This document shows, piece after piece, positions 35,454 through 38,998 of a stretch of DNA of 38,998 nt (its first letter is position 1; each line of letters opens with the position of its first letter). The notes under the pieces were generated by a model, which saw only the letters and a list, made by a program, of their open reading frames with translations, did no database searches and had not been told where the DNA came from. The stretch comes from Basidiobolus ranarum. Taxonomy: Eukaryota. The stretch is from positions 1 to 38,998 of the forward strand of contig JASJQH010000045.1 in the NCBI GenBank assembly GCA_040143965.1. Reading direction: 5' to 3'. A program made the position numbers and the translations under genes.

Positions 35454-36439
35454 ATTGGTATTGTATGTTCTAAAAATGTTCGGAGTTAGTGTGTCTTTGT
35501 ACCATTTTATTTGATGTGGATTTCAGGAGTTGATGCCGGTCCCACCTTTCCCCTTGGAAAATCACTCAGACAAGAGATATTCTGAGAGGCCTTGCAGCTG
35601 TGGGCAGCCTGAGATTGCCCTCCCCAAAATGCAAAATAAATTGATGTGTAGCAACTACGGACTCATGCTTGTGGAGAAACCTGAACTTATAACACGCGAT
35701 AAATAGCAAATATATGGGAAACCTCCTGGTGAGGCATTTATTCCGTCACTTGTATTTTTAAACGCACTAAAGCAAGCAGATATAAGACTTGCCCTGAACT
35801 GCATCTACTTGAGATTGCATCTTCGAATATGCATATGACTTGGATCTGAATTTTCAATATAACAGTGCTCCGATTCGTAAGGATCCTTGCATTACGGGTT
35901 ATATTAACATCCCTGTAAAAGCTATTGATATTTCGATAACACATTGAGCAAGTTATAATAGTACAGTGGTGTGTGCGATGTATCGACTCTTCCACTGGGC
36001 CACCACACTCGCCTTCCCCCTCGACATCGAGATGGTATGCGATTGAGTGTTGATCCAATAAAAAGATGAGTCAATTCTGAAGATCAGTTACTCACTCAGC
36101 CATAAGCAACTTTTGAATCAATAGCATTCCAATATAAGGTATATTATTACGGGTCATTAACACTAGGTATACTACAAGCTAATAACAATAACAGTAGTAA
36201 TACCAATTGGTCAATAACAACTCGCTAATTCCTCAAACACCTAACACGTTCAAACCATCTTAAAACGTCACAAATCCAGAACACACCTGAAGCACTGGTA
36301 CCAATAGGAGATTTTGCAACCACCATCTACCAAAATATTACCTAAGCAATCTTGTATATATACTTGGTACTACTGACATAAACAAGACGGATCGGATTCG
36401 TCGGCACTTCACCATCATCTCTTCTCATTTCATTTAACA

Positions 36440-37171
36440 ATGTCTTCAAGCACTCAAATGTTAAGAGGAATAGTGATCACGCTGTCCTTATCGTGGTTCA
36501 CATGGAGCAGCCCCGTTTTAAACATTGACCCTGGCTTGTCACTAAAATCCAATCCGGTTTTAAACTTTAGTCCAGAGTTAAGTCCAGAATTCAAAGGGCT
36601 ATGTATTGTCTCCTCTGAATGCGAGCGAATCCATCGTCCCAGGCCGATAAATTGGAATGCTGACCTTTCTGGCCTCGAAAATGCCATAGGTTACCTTACG
36701 TCACGCTTAGCGCCTCCGTATCGTGGACCTTTGCTTCCACCACCTGGATATAACCCACCAAGACCTCCTATCTTCAGTGGAGCAGCCTTTAGATCACTAC
36801 CGCAAGGAATGATCCCTCCACAGATACTAGGCGCAGATCCGCGGTTAGGTCAAGCTTTTAATCCTTCTTTCCAGCAACTAGGGTTTCCTGGTCAAGCGAA
36901 TCTCAACTCAGACTTCGTGAGGCAGCTTTTGCAAAATCCCGAGGCTCTTCAACTCTTGCAATCGGCTCCAGATATGGCTAGAACGGGAAATGAAGACAAC
37001 GAACTCTTACGCTTACTTGAAGGGGTTGACCTACAGGAACTCCTCGGTGAGAGAGCTGAAAGCCCCTTAGAACGCTTGGAGAAAGAGCCAGCTCTTTTGG
37101 ACCTGCTTAAAGTACTGGATTCAGGACTCGAGGAAAATAAAAAGCCGAACAGCAAGAATAAGAAATCTTAG
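36440..37171 (+). CDS. Uncharacterised predicted secreted protein, 243 aa
   Basis: Intronless ATG ORF in ACAATG context with a TATA-like gtatatata at about 36354. Signal-peptide-like N-terminus, a Cys pair, Pro-rich middle, acidic Leu-rich C-region and basic tail. Confidence 0.75.
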   Translation: MSSSTQMLRGIVITLSLSWFTWSSPVLNIDPGLSLKSNPVLNFSPELSPEFKGLCIVSSECERIHRPRPINWNADLSGLENAIGYLTSRLAPPYRGPLLPPPGYNPPRPPIFSGAAFRSLPQGMIPPQILGADPRLGQAFNPSFQQLGFPGQANLNSDFVRQLLQNPEALQLLQSAPDMARTGNEDNELLRLLEGVDLQELLGERAESPLERLEKEPALLDLLKVLDSGLEENKKPNSKNKKS

Positions 37172-37523
37172 GAACTTAAACAGACTGTGGCACTCTTAAT
37201 ACCATAGCTGTGTTCAAAAGTCTAATAATATTTTGAATGTTCTTTCGGATCTTAATATGTATTGTAGTGGTACTCTAAATAATAAAGAGATTTCCATTCA
37301 CATGGGAGTAATCAAAATCATTTTTCAATTAACAACTTTGATGTGATTGGATTAACAGATAGGCAGTGAATTCAGAGTTAAAATCAAATTGTCCACCCCT
37401 CGTTATCAAAACCCATCATTATTGGGCCAAATCATCATTGAAACAACTCTCATTTTTTAACAAACTATTTCTCTTCAACCTTCGTCGCTTATTCCCTTTT
37501 GATTTCTATATTTTTTATCTTAG

Positions 37524-38213
<690 letters not shown>

Positions 38214-38611
38214 GGGAAGACATTTTTCAATTCCAGTGTGGACTTTTCTCCAACAAGATTTTTGAACAATTCTGTTCGTCTTTTTGTATGTGAGTTTATC
38301 TTTGAAAATTAACATTTTTTGTTAGATTTTTTTCTTTAATTAAACAACAAACATATCACATTATCTAAACTATTGTGTTATGATCATTTTTCGTTGGCAT
38401 TTTTATTAAAAGATATACATGTTAAGAGTGTTTGAACTTCAGCAACAACCAGGAGTCGGCTCTTATTCTTAACACTTTCTTAAATTCCGAGTTATAGTAC
38501 AATTCACGCTTTAGTTCCATGAATGGCTGAAATTTACAGTTGTTACTTCGAATGGTTCTTGTTTAAGTTAACTTGGTTTGGAGGTGATTGTAAGGAGACT
38601 GGATTCATCTA

Positions 38612-38998
38612 TCATTGTGTTAAAATTAGACCTCGAACTAGGTATGGCAACAACAGTATTATAATGGATGGTGCTGAGCTTGGACTTAAGCTAGCATTAG
38701 CACTAGCACTAGCTATCCGGGCTACAGTACTATTTGATACCGGTTTTTGCTCTTGTGGAACTGATTCTGGACCTTTAATAGTAATGATGGGCCTCTTCTC
38801 GAAAAGATCGGAGCCATCGTAGCCACTTGAAAATTCCGGAATTGAAGGGAATCCAGGTAAGTTAGCAACTAAGAGTTTTGGACCAACATTGTACACTCTT
38901 TTTATACAACAGCTGTTTTCTACCAGATGTTCAACTATTATTTCTCACCATTTAACCAAGAAAAAATTATCTCAATTGATATAGAAAAAAAATCGAAT
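38612..38998 (-). CDS. 3' end of a probable GPI-anchored surface protein, possibly AA11/LPMO-like; 5' part outside the window
   Basis: GPKLLVANLPGFPSIPEF, then an S/A-rich linker and a hydrophobic terminus IIILLLPYLVRGLILTQ*. An in-frame stop upstream implies an intron or decay. The family call is recalled from the ANLPG.P.IPEF motif only. Confidence 0.5.

Noticed and set aside
35601..35700. GGGCAG-CCTGAGA-TTGCCC hairpin followed by ACCTGA, reminiscent of a TPP riboswitch
   Set aside because: The other conserved aptamer elements are missing, it is on the non-coding strand for the tyrosinase, and there is no thiamine gene nearby.
35738..36058. 106-aa minus-strand ORF upstream of the tyrosinase
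   Set aside because: TTG start, no recognisable domain, and it lies in the divergent promoter region.

Overview
Gene-dense, AT-rich eukaryotic DNA with many short (about 55-95 nt) GT-AG introns. It is almost certainly fungal, probably an early-diverging lineage (Zoopagomycota/Mucoromycota-like; this is inference from intron density and gene families). I assembled 22 protein-coding genes by hand. Most are housekeeping: ERV29/SURF4, DNAJC7, SNX3, two mitochondrial carriers, Elongin A, glycogen branching enzyme, DPH5, PPS1, Iec1, SLU7, RPL21, FAF1, ATP5, a GPAT and ARF1. There are also an O-fucosyltransferase-family gene, a secreted tyrosinase-like gene, a secreted orphan, a half-LIM orphan and two partial genes at the window edges. 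SNX3 is invisible in the ORF track, and parts of Elongin A, FAF1, SLU7 and ATP5 are missed, because of micro-exons. I found no mobile element, CRISPR array, rRNA or tRNA, and no clearly new multi-gene system. Best leads: a small orphan with repeated actin-binding-like motifs and a lone half-LIM zinc finger; a head-to-head tyrosinase/secreted-orphan pair; a 28-bp non-coding tandem array; and permissive splice signals (frequent AAG acceptors, GTT donors always preceded by exonic G). All gene models and family calls come from manual reading, not database searches.
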